DNA of 61,656 bases, the filler included, from Basidioascus undulatus (lineage: Eukaryota), in assembly GCA_000826855.1 (NCBI GenBank). It is 4 parts of 4 records of this genome, joined end to end, with 100 filler letters (N's around TTAATTAATTAA, not from the genome) between each part and the next. Parts side by side here need not be neighbours in the genome. Positions count along the whole stretch, not along the records: positions 15,542 to 30,849 come from JTLS01000647.1; positions 30,950 to 46,253 come from JTLS01000648.1; 2 more parts are not named here. One strand, written 5' to 3'. Below are positions 20,686 through 33,224 of the stretch, in pieces (position 1 is the stretch's first letter; every line of letters starts with the position of its first letter). The position numbers were made by a program, and so were the translations under genes. Under the pieces are notes generated by a model. The model searched no databases and was not told the DNA's origin. It saw only the letters and a list, made by a program, of their open reading frames with translations.

Positions 20686-23600
20686 GTCGGCGTCCTTGCG
20701 AAGTGGACAGTCGGTGACTGCGGGAGAGGAGGACGGGGGCGGGAACGGAAACGGGGAGGACGAGGCGGTCGGGGCGCAGGGGTTGGGGGATGGAAAGGCC
20801 TCAAAGAGGAGACGGGGGCGAGATCCGACAGTCCCGCGTCCTTATACGAGCGGGCGTGTTGGCGATCGCAGCAATTGGAAGCGAAACAGGGTAGGGCGGT
20901 TTCGGACGTCAGGAGCGGGGAAGCGTAGGCGAGACGGGTTGCAGCTCTAGTAGCTGAGCTCTGTAGGATAGTGGGCTAACATGGGGTAAACCGGCTCCGC
21001 CGCAAGATATCGTAAGAGATGAAGGGTGTAGTGGATCAAGAAGAGTCTCCTCGATGGTGAGCAGAGGACTTAATACAGCAGATTCGCCTTACTAAAGCGA
21101 GTGAAGACTCGACGACCGCAGGCACTGCGCCTTGCGAGTGACTTCGCGGCCCGTGCCAAAAGATCAGTGACCCCTTCACCGTATGAGGCGTCGAGCAGGG
21201 CCGATCAACTACCGCCTCCCAGCAAGCTGGGAAGAAATCCCGAAAGTGGCATGGAGGCCCCGCGTGTTGGCTCCGAGACGAAACATCCCGCCATGGCCGA
21301 CTGCAGCTGCAGCGGGAGACATTGCCGAGAGCTTAATAATGAGAAGCTGGCCAAGCGAGCGAGAACATTTGTCCGCAAGGCGGATGCTGATCGGTTACAA
21401 TTGTTTACACTAATTCTTTCATACTCGTACGCTCTCATCGAACAGCAGCATAATTTTTCTCACGGAAGAACGCCGGTTCAACAAACAGAATTAGTGGTTC
21501 AACCTCAAATTATATCCGCGAGGCGGCCATATCAGGTTGTCACACTCTCCTGCACACTGTCTAAAGCCGATCTCAAGGGACCTGCAGTCCTCAAAATATT
21601 ACAGTCTGTCAGTTTGGGGTCACACAACATCGGAACGAGTGCTCCACCGGTGTGAGAAGGCGTTGCTGAAGATGCAATATGAGGAGTCAGCTTGGAGCAA
21701 GTACGAAGTACGTGCCTTCAGTCTGATGTCAGTCGGCTTCCTATTGTGAAACGCAAGGCGTTGTAGACGTCTACCCCTGCCGATCCTCCAGCACTGCGGC
21801 CATGATGCTACCTCCTGAGGGATGTGACGATCTTGCATGGACGCCTGCGCCTTCAGCCAACTTCAGCCGGCCGTCACGGCACCCGAGGACTGGTTGTGGC
21901 TGTTCATTTAGCGGAGACCGCTTCCGACGGGTTGGGGGCCACTCCGAATGGATCCAATGGTCCATACTCACAAAGTTGCGGTGCCCCATCTGACTATGAG
22001 GCTGGAAGCGCAGAGGCGATGCAACCATGTGAGCGGAAGACAGCACGTACGTGTCCCCAGGTGTTCACTGTTTGCATGCGAAGGTCGCGAATAATTCCAG
22101 CGTGATCCAGGCAGGCCTGCCGGATAAATGAACAGGGTTTACATCCTCATTGTGAGAGTACTCCGTTATTCATATGAGCGGCGGCAAGAGCGGGTGCATG
22201 GTAGATCAGGGGCTGCGTGAGCGTTGCGGACCACGTTCTCGATTCAGTTCTCTGCAGTGCTGTGTAAAAATGCAGGAAATATTATTCTGTACTCTTCCTT
22301 GAAACTGACATTGCCTTGCCGCTTGATAGAAAGCGAGCACCCGATGTAGCACCTGGAGCTCTGAGTGGACCGCGGCCGCCTGCGCCGTGTCTTCTGCTGA
22401 TCCTTGCTCCAGCGACCAGGGTGTGGGGATTTGGGAAGCCCGCTGACGACGAGCCAAATAAACTTGTTATACCTTATTGCACCAAAGATTCGGCTTCAAT
22501 GCAAAAGTACTGCGTCTTGCGCAAGTCGATCTGCGAGCCCGAATATCTGGCGCGTTAACTGTTCAGTACCACGTAACCCTTCGCCACTGACACATCGTTG
22601 CAGATTAGGTCCGACCTGCGCCACGGTCTCGCTGATACTCGTTGCTGAACGCTTGCTTCATGCTGCTTCCCAAGCCTCCGTCGACCATAACTAAAACCAT
22701 AGATAACAAAGGATAGGCGTCCCCGGGCCCTCCGGTGTTTTCCGAAGGTGAGCGGCCGTCTTCTCTATTTCCCAAATCTCCAGAGGGAACACACGTGAGA
22801 CGACCGAAGTCTTTGCATCTATATCGGTCTTAGAGGACCTGTGTAAACGGCTTACATGTATGTGGTGGAATAGGTTGGAATACGCACGATAGAAGGTGTC
22901 TTTTCAAGCATCTGGTCGCCCAGGTATGGGTCAGTAAGACACAAGCAGCTCCATGATTGTGCACGCCGCATGCCAGCAAGTTACCCTCAACCACCGGGTT
23001 CTGTGAATGACGGTGTCGAGAACCCCTGTGGAGCGCTCTCACTATCGCAAACGTGAACGGGAGGCATTGCACATGGCGACCTTCAGAGGGCGCCAACAAA
23101 TATGAGATGCACGCAAGCACACAGATGAAGACGACCACACATTCCCGGTGACAAGAGGTGTGTGTGCTGCGCAAGCTGAAAGACAACGGGGAGAAGCATT
23201 CCATAGTACAGTGACAGCAGAAAATGAAGAAAAGATCTTTAAAGTTCCCGGACTCGATGAGGGGATGGACAACCCGGCGGGCCTTGGCGAACGTTCTCAC
23301 TCCGCCCGCTACGCACTCATGTCGAAGCGGCGCTGTGTCTGTAAAACCGCTGGGCACTGGAGGCTGCTGTATGTACCAACAAGTTTCCGCTGTCCCGGAC
23401 TGCCATATTCGACTCCATTCGTTGCATGGTGCTTGACCTCAGGTTTCCGACGGACCTGATGTTGTCTGAAAGGCCTCAGCCGCCGACAGCTGTTAATGCA
23501 ACAGCTGTCCCATACCAAGGCCTTTAATATTTTCTTGTTCCTTTCTTGTGAGTACAATTCATGTTGAGAGAAGAAGCTACGCAGTAGATTATCGAACCGA

Positions 23601-23780
23601 ACCAAGAGTCCAAACCTTTGCACTGCTTTACGTACCTTGAGGATCCGCAACAGGTTGCGGGTCAGCATGTTGACCAACCTGAAAAAAACATCTTCTCGTT
23701 CAATTGAATTGCGGAAGTGAATTGCAGCCTGTATGTGCCTTCCAGGCAGCCTGGACAGTTCGCAAACCCGCACGGGCTGT

Positions 23781-24660
23781 AAGAAACTGACGAACACCGG
23801 CGAACAAGGCACGCAGCGAACTATTGATTTACTACAGTATCGCTCTCGCTATTCGCCACTGTTCGTCAGTCATGTTCGCCATGTTCGCCACTCTGCTTGA
23901 CCATTCCCACGCATAGTAAAGTGCCTTTGTTTAGATATTTTGGCAATGAAATTACTTAAGACTTGAATGGTGCCTTACGGAGAGGCGAACAGACTGGCGA
24001 ACACTGGCGTGATCAACGCGATCTCCGCTTGCTAATCCGCCGCAGATCCCTGGCTCTTTACTCCGCCCTATCTTATCTGAGCTGCCATAGTCTATATTAG
24101 CATGAGCAATGATCGTTGCGCCAAATAGCAAACATAAGGCAAACAAGCAGTTAAAGACCGCTTGACTTTGACAACTTTTCACTTGCCTGATGAAGGCCCA
24201 TTCAAGCCTACCTATTGGCAAATTGGAATCTTTTAATGCAAGTAAAGATCTTTCGAATCGGGTAGGTACCCTGTCAGGCATGCTCCACCATGAGAAACAC
24301 CGGCCTGGCAGGACAGAGAATTTTGCCAATGAATGCCGATGCCGCCACACATTCACACAGATACTCAACTTCAGTCCTTCAGTCACGATTCAGTGGGAAA
24401 GCCTATTTTCGATTCTCACTTCAGATATCACGCGGAAGGAGACTGTCAGAAGTGAGAAGCAGCGGTGAGCGCAGGCCGTCTCTTGCAGAGTTTGTATGTT
24501 CTCTCGACGGATAGCGAACGAAGGCGAACACTCCCCACATTTTTCAACCTTGGCGGTCCTAAAATGGTACTGTACTGGCGAACACGAGTGGCGAACACGG
24601 CGAACGCATACTGTATTGAACACTAGTTCGCCAGTTGTTCACCGCGTTCGTCAGTTCTTC
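23781..24660. mobile_element. Degenerate inverted-repeat element (non-autonomous DNA transposon/MITE-like)
   Basis: 23781-23890 aligns to the reverse complement of 24570-24660 (aagaa-ctgacgaac...gcgaacta.tg.tt.a.tacagtat..g.t..cgc...ttcgccact). Both arms are rich in GCGAAC/GTTCGC motifs, and TA|CAGTA ... TACTG|TA occurs within the arms. No transposase ORF lies between them. Confidence 0.55.
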
Positions 24661-25433
24661 AAGCGCACCGCAGTCACTTTCAGAATTTCAGACTGTCAGC
24701 CGAGGTAGCGCTCGCAGCTTGTGCCAACCTCCGTTCATTTGAAAGTACGATCGATCAATTACAACGATCACTCAGTTGACCCCGGTAATTGTCCGACTGA
24801 ATGAGACGACGTATAAGTCAGGCGTAGGAGACGGAAGGGACCGGCATGGACCATGCTGGGGGGTGGGAGGAGAAAAGGGACCTCGAGTGAGGGAAAAGTG
24901 GAACATACTCGACTTCCTTATCAATCCACCAATTGGATTCGCCATAACATCGAAAGTAGGTGATACGGTTGATACGGCCAGCATCTCGTGAGGGACGTGT
25001 GCAACTCCAGTGGGCACAGTGACTTGCAAAAAACCGACATATAAGAGGGAATTGGAATGGGACGGCCCAGGGAGGGCACAGTGGACTCCATTACCTGCTG
25101 AACTCCTTCTTTGTAGGAAGAGAGGGGAAGAGAACGGCGACGGACGGTGGCAACTGCCCTGCAGCTGTAGCAAGCGACGCGCTCGTTTTTCTGTTTCAAA
25201 ACAGAGGGTTCTTCACTCAAACTGTTGAACGGCTGTATATGTGAACGATTTATGTTTCAATTCTGTTTGTTCACAAACATGCGTGTTGTGGTTTCCAAAG
25301 TTACCAGGCGTCGCGACCTTGGATTAGCTGGGCCGACGACTGAATTCCCAAAGTCCGAAAGGAGGAGGCCGCGTTCGCGTCGCGGACGCGTCCAAGGACC
25401 TGCTTTAATCGTCCACCACAATCCACCGTCGCC

Positions 25434-27504
25434 ATGCCGGAGCTCACGCTCGACACTCTCCGCGCCGAGATCAAGAAGGCCGTCAAGTCTCTGAGCAAAA
25501 CTCACGCACTCGAGTACGTGTCATTGGGCGCTCGTATGCCTTGTGTCGACTGCTGACTGCCTTTGCTCCACTCGCTGCGCCTCATCTTCGCGGTTCAGCA
25601 CGCTCACCACGAAGCAGATCCGTCCTGTAGTAGCGGAGGGATTGGAGGTCGAAGAATATTCACTTAAAAAGGAACAGCCCTGGAAAACGGCTTTGCCGGA
25701 GGCCGCCAGCGAGATCATCGTACGCGTTCACATTTCGCTGGGCCGCGTCCTGCTCGGGTCTTGCGACTGAACTAGAGGTGTATGGGACAGGACGAACTTC
25801 TAGCGGCCGAGGAGGATGGAGAAGCTGGAGAGGCTGAGCATGTCAAGGAGGCGAAGAAGAAGAAGCCAGCGGCGGCAAAGGGCAAGAAGCGGAAGAGTGG
25901 CGGAAACGATGCGGACGAGCTGCACTCGGATCAGGTGGTACGCATTTAGTTCCTCTCATCCCAGTCATTGTGATGCTGACCTCACGAACGCGTATGGGCA
26001 GCTCGTACGCTCGCCACCCCCGCAGAAGAAGCCCAAGAAGCGGGCGCCTGCTAAGGCGAAAGCGAGCCAAGCTGTGACGGAGGACGAGGACCAGGACGAG
26101 AGCGAGGGCGAGGACAAGGTGCGTTGCGCCTTCTTTCATCTTGCACATTCACTCGCTGACATCCGATACAGAAGAGCGAGGAGTCGTCGAAGGGGGCCAA
26201 GAAGAGTGACGGAGACGATGAGGAGCAGGTACGTCTTTTTGGCTTATTCTTCCGATGACCGGCATGAGCTGACGCAAAGCGTCTATCCCAGCCCGAATCG
26301 TCCAAACTTACATCTGCCGCTGTCGCCAAGCTTTCCTCCGATTCGAAGGTCAGTCCATACGGCCCAATTTGCGAGCGACGACTCAACTTCTGACCATCGC
26401 GGCATCTTACCAGACCAACTCGCCTGCGGTGTGTTCCTGTGCTGAATCCTTCTACATAAATTTTACTGATGTCAGCGACTGCCCCCAGAAATCCGAATCC
26501 GAGCTCTCATCTCTGATCGACGAGGCTCCAAAACGCAAACGCGGGGGCTCCAAGAAAAGCTCGGAAGGGAAGAAGGTAGGTGCACGGAAGAGTGGGGAGT
26601 CCTGCCTGGTTGGCGGTATGTCTGAAGTCGTACCTCTGTAATTCATAGGAGACGAAGCCGAAGGGAAATAAGCGCGAAAAGGTGAGTGAGCCCCAAAGCG
26701 GATTCGGTCCCTCTCGCGTTGTGGCAAGCACCTGACGCCGTATACCATACCTGCAGAAGGCTGCGCCCGCCCTCACACCGGCGCAGGAGGAGGTCGACAA
26801 GCTGAAGAAGATTATCGTTGCCTGCGTGCGTTCCCACTCTGCCCTGTCTTGCTGATCCTGTTCCTGACTGACTATTCGTCGACATTTCAGGGGGTGCGCA
26901 AGCAATGGTCCGCTTCCGCATCCGTACTTGTTCGGGATGTATCGCCCCTGATTACGTGTCGGTTTGCAGGAAGAAGGAGATCGGCGAGAAGACGGATGCG
27001 GAAGCAAAGGACCGCTTGCTGGAGATCCTGCGGGACGACCTGGGAATGAAGGGGGTGCGTGTGCCTTTCTCACGTCATACCCCATCCAACCGAGAGCGTA
27101 CGTGGGAAGTCCGGGCACTCACCCTCAACCGGATCTCAGGCGCCAACTTTGGGCAAGGCTGCTAGCATCAAGGCTAAGCGGGAGATGGAACGCGAGCTGC
27201 GTACGCTTGCGCCGCTTCATGACCTACACGGCTGCACTCGCTGACGTTGACCGTTGGGCAGGCGACATCGGCATCGGCGCGTCCTCGCCGTCCGACCGTT
27301 GCAGCGCTTCGAGGTCGAAGGCGACCGAGGCGTCGGAGGAGGAGAGCGAGGACGAGGGACCGAAAGAGAAGAGGGTGCGTTCTCTTTTTGGCTGTCATTG
27401 ATCGGCAGTGACATGGGCGCTGACAGGGGGGCTGTGGTCCTTTTCAGAGACGGGGCAACGACCTATTCGCGTTCCTGGGCGACCAGGGGGAGGAGTCTGA
27501 CTGA
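25434..27504 (+). CDS. HIRIP3-like acidic/lysine-rich chromatin protein (DEK-C-like N-terminus); multi-exon
   Basis: MPELTLDTLRAEIKKAV...TLTTKQIRPVVAEGL, charged linker, SELSSLIDEAPKRKR, EVDKLKKIIVAC|GVRKQW, LRDDLGMKG|APTLGKAASIKAKREMEREL, ending FAFLGDQGEESD*. Confidence 0.75.
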
Positions 27505-27891
27505 GGGATAAGCGAGAGCTTGTCGCGACAAGTGGGGCCGGGGAGAGCAAGCCAGAAGCCACACATTCTCTGCTGACGCTGTAACATGTCGATCCCACAT
27601 CGATTTCGAGCTTCGGCCGCCGTGGTCACACGAAAAAGACAGTGTTGAGGGCAGAACCCGTTGCTGCGCCGGTCATTATCAAGCCTACATCACCCGTCAG
27701 TGATGCAGCAGACGGAGGTCAGAAATACAGACTGGTCCTTGAATGTCCCAAGTGCAGCTTATTGAAGGCGCATTGAGGACAGTTCTGAGTTTAGGCTCGT
27801 CATTCATAGCACCAGCGCGGTGTCGAAGTCAGGCTTGACCGCCCAATCCCCAATCTCTAGAACTCTACCAACGTCATTCGACGTCGACTCA

Positions 27892-28200
27892 ATGGGCGAC
27901 GCAGAGTACATTGTCACACTCAACCCTGGGACGGAGGCGAACATTCATCTCGCTGCAGTCCGGCGCGATGTCGGAGAGGACACGACTGGCAAGTCGAGCC
28001 TCGATCCCGGTCTCATAGAATTCAACAGTCCGAACATCGCGCAGGGCCTCTACGCTGGCGAGTTCTCGCAAGATGTAAGTTGTCTGACGCCGAAGTTCGC
28101 GACAGCACTCGAGTACTGCAGTGTGCCGGTCCTCACAAAGCTTGCGGACAATCAGGAGACGAGCTGCTGGGCTTGGACAAAAGGCATACAGTGCTAAGAA
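27892..28200 (+). CDS. Small peptidase inhibitor I9-like protein, possibly decayed
   Basis: MGDAEYIVTLNPGT...HLAAV...GLYAGEFSQD|gt resembles the I9 YIVxL...GYAG.F pattern. The second exon does not join cleanly. Confidence 0.45.
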
Positions 28201-29512
28201 TGCACTAGGTGCTGCAATTTATGGGGAAGACCGCAAGTTATGTCTTGAGTGTCCGTTGAAGCAGTTTCACCCGATTGTCGAAGCTCTCTGCGCTGCCCCA
28301 GCTGTTGTCAGCCTAACCATACCAATCCATGGTGCCTTAGCCAATGCCTTCCGACACAAAAATGTCTGGAAATTATGGAGTACAGTACAATTTGGAGAAG
28401 ACGCGTCGAGGACGCGCTCCGAGTTCAGCCCGGTCATTCATAACACAAGCATCCCTACGGAACCGCCTCCGTCTTCTTCCGCTCGCAAAGTCCATCCACA
28501 ATTTCTTCCGTAACTCTCATAATGACATGTCCCCTATTTCCCCTATCCCGCCACCTGACGTGAAATCCTTGAGCACTATGCGCGATGCCACATACATCGT
28601 CGACAGTGCATGAGGAGCAAGACTGGCAGCCTGTTGTCGAAGACGAGTTGGATGCCTGTCCCCACCAACAACCACGAGGGTCCCGCCACTCGACGTCGAT
28701 TCCTTCACACCATGGGCGACGACCCGTACGTTACCACCCTCAATGAAGGAACAGACATCAATGCGCACTTCGATGCGCAGAGGACCCCACTGGCAAAGGG
28801 CCCCTTCAACGACAAGCTCCTAGTGTGACCAGCGTTTCAAAATGCAAAACTACATAAAACATTCAGAATGACATGCTGTTGCTGGAGTCAAGGTAGCAAG
28901 CCTGGCAATCGATCCATTCCTCCCGTGTTTGCGGCGCAATGCCCAACCGCTCCGCTAACCAAGCTGTTTATGTTTCGAAGCGAACAAGTTCAAGATCCAA
29001 AAGCTTCACAAGTAATAAATACTACCTACGTCCTGGCGTCTTGAGCTTCCCTAAGCGTTGTCAGTTCGTTGACAGCATAAAGGACTACAACAGGCAGTCA
29101 GGCGAAAGCCGCCGCAAGACTCGTCTTTTCTAAGACTTTCGTAACCCATTCAAGGACGTCAAATGGCACAAAGTTGTCTCCTATGGCCTCGCTCCTTGCC
29201 TGGCCCGGCGATGAAAGGGTATGCGCGAGGCGGCTCAGCGTGACGCAGTCCGTTCCTCCCAACTTTCTCTTCCAAGCAAGACCACCATTGCGTCCGATAT
29301 ATAGGCTGCGCCAACCGTGTACAAAATCAGAGGTCCCCACATCGGTTGTCTTTGTACCTTGACTATCAGAAAGCACGAGCGAGAGCACACTCACCGCCAC
29401 TTCCAAATTAGCCCCCTCGTATGCTTCTGTCAACCCTCCGCCCACACCCCCGTGGCCCACGAAACCAAAGCTCACCATCCTCATTGGCCACAGAAAAGCC
29501 TTCAAAATAGCC

Positions 29513-30250
29513 ATGTCCGACGCACCCCGTGCCCGCGCCGGGACCCAAGACGTCCCCGGCTCCCTGCCCACGGCGGGGCTTTCGGGGCTGTCCTCTGGCG
29601 AGGCCGGTGCCGGTCGTCAGGCGCCTGCGCGGCGCACCGGTCAGCCTGGTCGCCAGCAGCAGGGTGGTCGCCAGCAGCGCCAGGGACAACAAGGCCGTCG
29701 CGCGGGGACGGGCCAGGCCGAGCGCGGCGCGGCGGACGATGATGACGACGTCGTCGGTGCGTCTCGTCTGCTTCTCTGGGTGCGGAAAAGCGACAGACAC
29801 TGATGCGTTGGGAGGTGGGGCGCAGCGCTGTACCATGTTGAGGTGGACGGCCTCGCTCCCACGACCGACGAGGACACCCTGCGCGACGTCCGTCCATTTC
29901 CCTTACCTCCTTTCCCACCAGCTAGCTCAATGCTCAAGCCCTATCAACTGGTTTAATTTATTCAGACGTTCGGTGTCTTTGGGGATGTTTTAGATGTCAC
30001 CATCCCTGACGTCGGCCGTGGTGTCGTTCGTATTCGCCATCTATCCCTTTCCATCTTCTCGTAAGCCCATAACGCACCTTCTTCCAGGTGGACTACGGCT
30101 CCCGCGACGAGGCCGACCGTGCTGTCGTGGCGATGCACGCGCAGGATCTTGTACGCACCGTTTATCTGCTATTCCGGCCGATCTTTGATCGAGGCTCCTT
30201 CACAGGATGGCAACGTGATCTCGGTCACCGAGACGGTCGAGCAGCTCTGA
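29513..30250 (+). CDS. Small protein with G/Q/R-rich N-terminus and a C-terminal RRM-like domain
   Basis: Low-complexity GRQQ repeats, then LYHVEVDGLAPTTDEDTLRD ... VDYGSRDEADRAVVAMHAQDL|DGNVISVTE (RNP2/RNP1-like spacing). Middle exon boundaries are uncertain. Confidence 0.55.
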
Positions 30251-30608
30251 TCAGCGCACGAGTCAAAGCGAAAGGGACTGGTTGATACGGACGTGATAAC
30301 AGCAAATGATGCTCCACGACGGTGGTGCTTTGATCGATAAAGGGAAAGCTGAGCTTTGAAGGCGAACGTGATTGATCTTGATCGTGCCGAGGCGGGCACG
30401 GTGCGTTGCGATACGACCCCTATCCGGTGCCCGGTGCTGCGATTGGATGAAAACAGATTGGATGCGAGAATGATGAGATATGCAATAGAGGCTGCTGAAC
30501 GATGAACGAAGGGACGAGGATGGGAACGTATGCGACAGGATAGGAGATGAAAATGCGAGAAACAAGAAGGGTACGACGGATAGGTAAGTGTATTGAAGAA
30601 GAAGAAAG

Positions 30609-30849
30609 TCAGAACCACTTCTTTTTCTTTCCCTGTGCACGAAAACACCACGTCAGCATCAACAACACAGGCTCCCAAAGCTCCCAAGCTCCCGACGCAC
30701 CTCCGCCTTCTCCTTCTCCTTCCTCAGCTTCTTCTCCTCCTTTGCGCTCAGGCCTCCCAAGCTCGGGACGCTCTCCGACTTCCCCAACTTGCTCGCCTTC
30801 CCCGTCTGGACGGCCGCCGGCGGCGGGGTGGTCTGGAGGGGGGGGGGCG
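30609..30849 (-). CDS. 3' fragment of an unidentified gene emerging from the gap
   Basis: ...KSESVPSLGGLSAKEEKKLRKEKEKAE|GT-AG intron|GKKKKWF*, with high GC3 codon usage. Confidence 0.5.
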
Positions 30850-30949
30850 NNNNNNNNNNNNNNNNNNNNNNNNNNNNNNNNNNNNNNNNNNNNTTAATTA
30901 ATTAANNNNNNNNNNNNNNNNNNNNNNNNNNNNNNNNNNNNNNNNNNNN
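30850..30949. other. Assembly gap with artificial TTAATTAATTAA linker
   Basis: 44 N + 12-mer + 44 N. Confidence 0.98.
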
Positions 30950-31015
30950 GCCCGCGAATGCAAAATTACGCGTGATGAGCTCGGTGGGGAGCGAAAGAAG
31001 GTACCTCGACGGCAT
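30950..31015 (-). CDS. Possible F-box protein start running into the gap
   Basis: MPSRYLLSLPTELITRNFAF resembles the F-box motif LLSLP.EL...IF. Confidence 0.4.
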
Positions 31016-32025
31016 AGCGCTGTAACGGTAGGCGTAGAGGGCTTGGATAGGATGGAGTTTGGGGCAATGGAGGAGCAGACGTTCAGCAATGAGCGAGGAT
31101 GGTGAAAGGCGGGAAGGTGAGGGAGGTCGCTGCACGCTGGCGTCGGAGTTCTGCTTGGCACGTTGCATGCGTTGCACGCCGCTGTCGCCGCTCGAGCCGT
31201 CAGCGGATTTAAAAATCTTGGTGAGATCAAGCACGGTAATGTTACTCGGTAAAATCCTTGTCCTTAAACATGTGGCTGCAATTGGGCCGTGCAACAACAA
31301 GCTTGCAGAACCGCCGTCCAACTGTCCGCGAAACTTCGACTGTCGCCTGCAAAAGAACACTTAATAATGGAGAGATAAAGACCCGGCGCGCCACTTAGAA
31401 CATGATACATGCACTTTTTAAAAGAAGGCTCCCGTAGCCACTCCCCAGCATCCTTCGATATCCTTCGTCGGCTCTCCCCATGAGAATCTCGCCATGTTCC
31501 ACCGCTCATCCTCAAGTTCCGCCAAAACGGACGACCAGAAACAGAGAGAGAATGCCCCAGAATCGACGCGTTCAGCGCCTGCTGAATATGCCCATGGTGT
31601 CCGGAGCTGTGCGGAGAAGTGGAGCTCGTACTTGAGCGCCTTGACCGAGTGCTGGCCACTGCTAAGACGGGCAGTCGGAGAACCGATTGCACTTTAATAT
31701 CCATATACAACCTCCTATTTGTACATTGAAGCACCCCATAAGGCAGCATTAGACAGACCTTCGCGCACAGCTCCGACTTGTAGGACGGGCGATGAATCTG
31801 TGCTTGCGCAGCCCTCCATCTAGTCTCGGGACGCTGAGAGTCCGTTCCACAGGCTTTATGTCTTCCCCAAGAGTTAACAGGCGCAGTTGCCTACCCGTGC
31901 TTGGTCCCATATCACGCAGCGGCCGCTGCCCGCTGCGCAAGCTGCAAAGCGGTATATAACGCTCGCTGGTACGGCTCAGCAGTTACGCATCAGCCTCTTC
32001 ATCACTATCTTGAAGCCACCCAGCA

Positions 32026-32835
32026 ATGCGCACCGCCGTCATCCTCTCCGTCCTCTCCCTCTCCGCCACCACCGCCTTTGCCGCGGCGCTGCCCGGCTTC
32101 CACAGCGGGAACGTGCACATTGTGCCACGGCATGGACAGAGGGATGGGCACCACCAGAAAGAGGTATGCCTCGGTTGACACATGGTATGGTTTAGGTTGG
32201 CATGTAGATGCTTACGCGGTAGCAACACAGCATTACAAGCCGAAGAAAGTCGAGCACAAGCTGAGAAAGCACTACCCGAAGAAAAAGAAGGTCGAGCACA
32301 AGGTCCGTTGTCTTCCATGAACGGCTATGTTCCATGTTCCACATACTCCTCAGGATCATGGTCTGAATCGATGACAGCCCAAGGAGATTATCAAAGTGGT
32401 AGAAAAGCCGGTGTACAAGGTTGTCGAGAAGCCGGTGATCAAGGAGAAGATTGTGGAGAAGCCGGTGGAGGTCATCAAGTACATTGAGAAGCCCGAGAAG
32501 AAGAAGGAGGAGAAGAAGTCGGCATCTTCTGGCTGGTACATGGAAGGAATCCAGGCTCAAGTCGTTCATTAGGCTAAACCGTTCGTTCGTCTCGCACAGG
32601 GTTGGACGGGCGGTAAGCATCTCAGGCTAGAACTGGTTGTAACGGTGGCGCTGATAACAAAATTTCCAACCTATGAAAGCGTTCCGTGGAATGTGGTAAG
32701 TCAAGCCGCTTGTGTTCACACAGACCCGGCGTCTCACTCTGTGGTCGTCGCGTACAGCCGACGTTGGCGGCAATTCCTATCGGGATGTCCTTTACCCTCA
32801 TCTTCATTTACTTCCTGGTTCGTCGTTACTTAGTC
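32026..32835 (+). CDS. Secreted or membrane protein with signal peptide, His/Lys-rich segment and (K/E)xVEKPV repeats
   Basis: TATA-like TATATAA at about 31953. MRTAVILSVLSLSATTAFAAALP signal peptide; KEIIKVVEKPVYKVVEKPVIKEKIVEKPVEVIKYIEKPE; a possible downstream TM exon LAAIPIGMSFTLIFIYFLVRR. The 3' end is uncertain. Confidence 0.6.
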
Positions 32836-33224
32836 GTGATAAGTTGATCGTGCGCGGTGCTGATACTGGCTGGTTTCGCACAGTCGTACTCGGTGTGTTG
32901 CTAAGAGTGCCTGACCTAGGAGCTGTACTCACACGTTGAATATTTGGTGGGGACTCCTACCTATGATTGAATCCAGTAGCGTGTTCTGTGGTGACCTGAC
33001 TGGAAGTTGCACCGTATAGCATGTTCTCCGCTAGCGTGCTGGGTGGTCCCCGATAACATGCTCATGTTTCCGTATTCATTTCCAGCCGCCAACACCGCCG
33101 TCCGCTCTGGTACGTATTGACACGATAGCTGGCTCTGAGTTCTCGACATTGACTTGACTTTCCGCGCGTGGCATTTGGTGCAGGTACGTGTGGACAGAAT
33201 GACCGCTCTTCTTTCCTGAGCCTG

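Noticed and set aside
21101..22700. 184-aa ORF and neighbouring fragments
   Set aside because: No recognisable domain, and codon usage is unlike the real genes; at best an unassignable relic.
24940..24965. ACTTTCGATG match (minus strand) reminiscent of 18S rRNA sequence
   Set aside because: Only about 10 nt, not positioned next to a box D motif, and compatible with chance.
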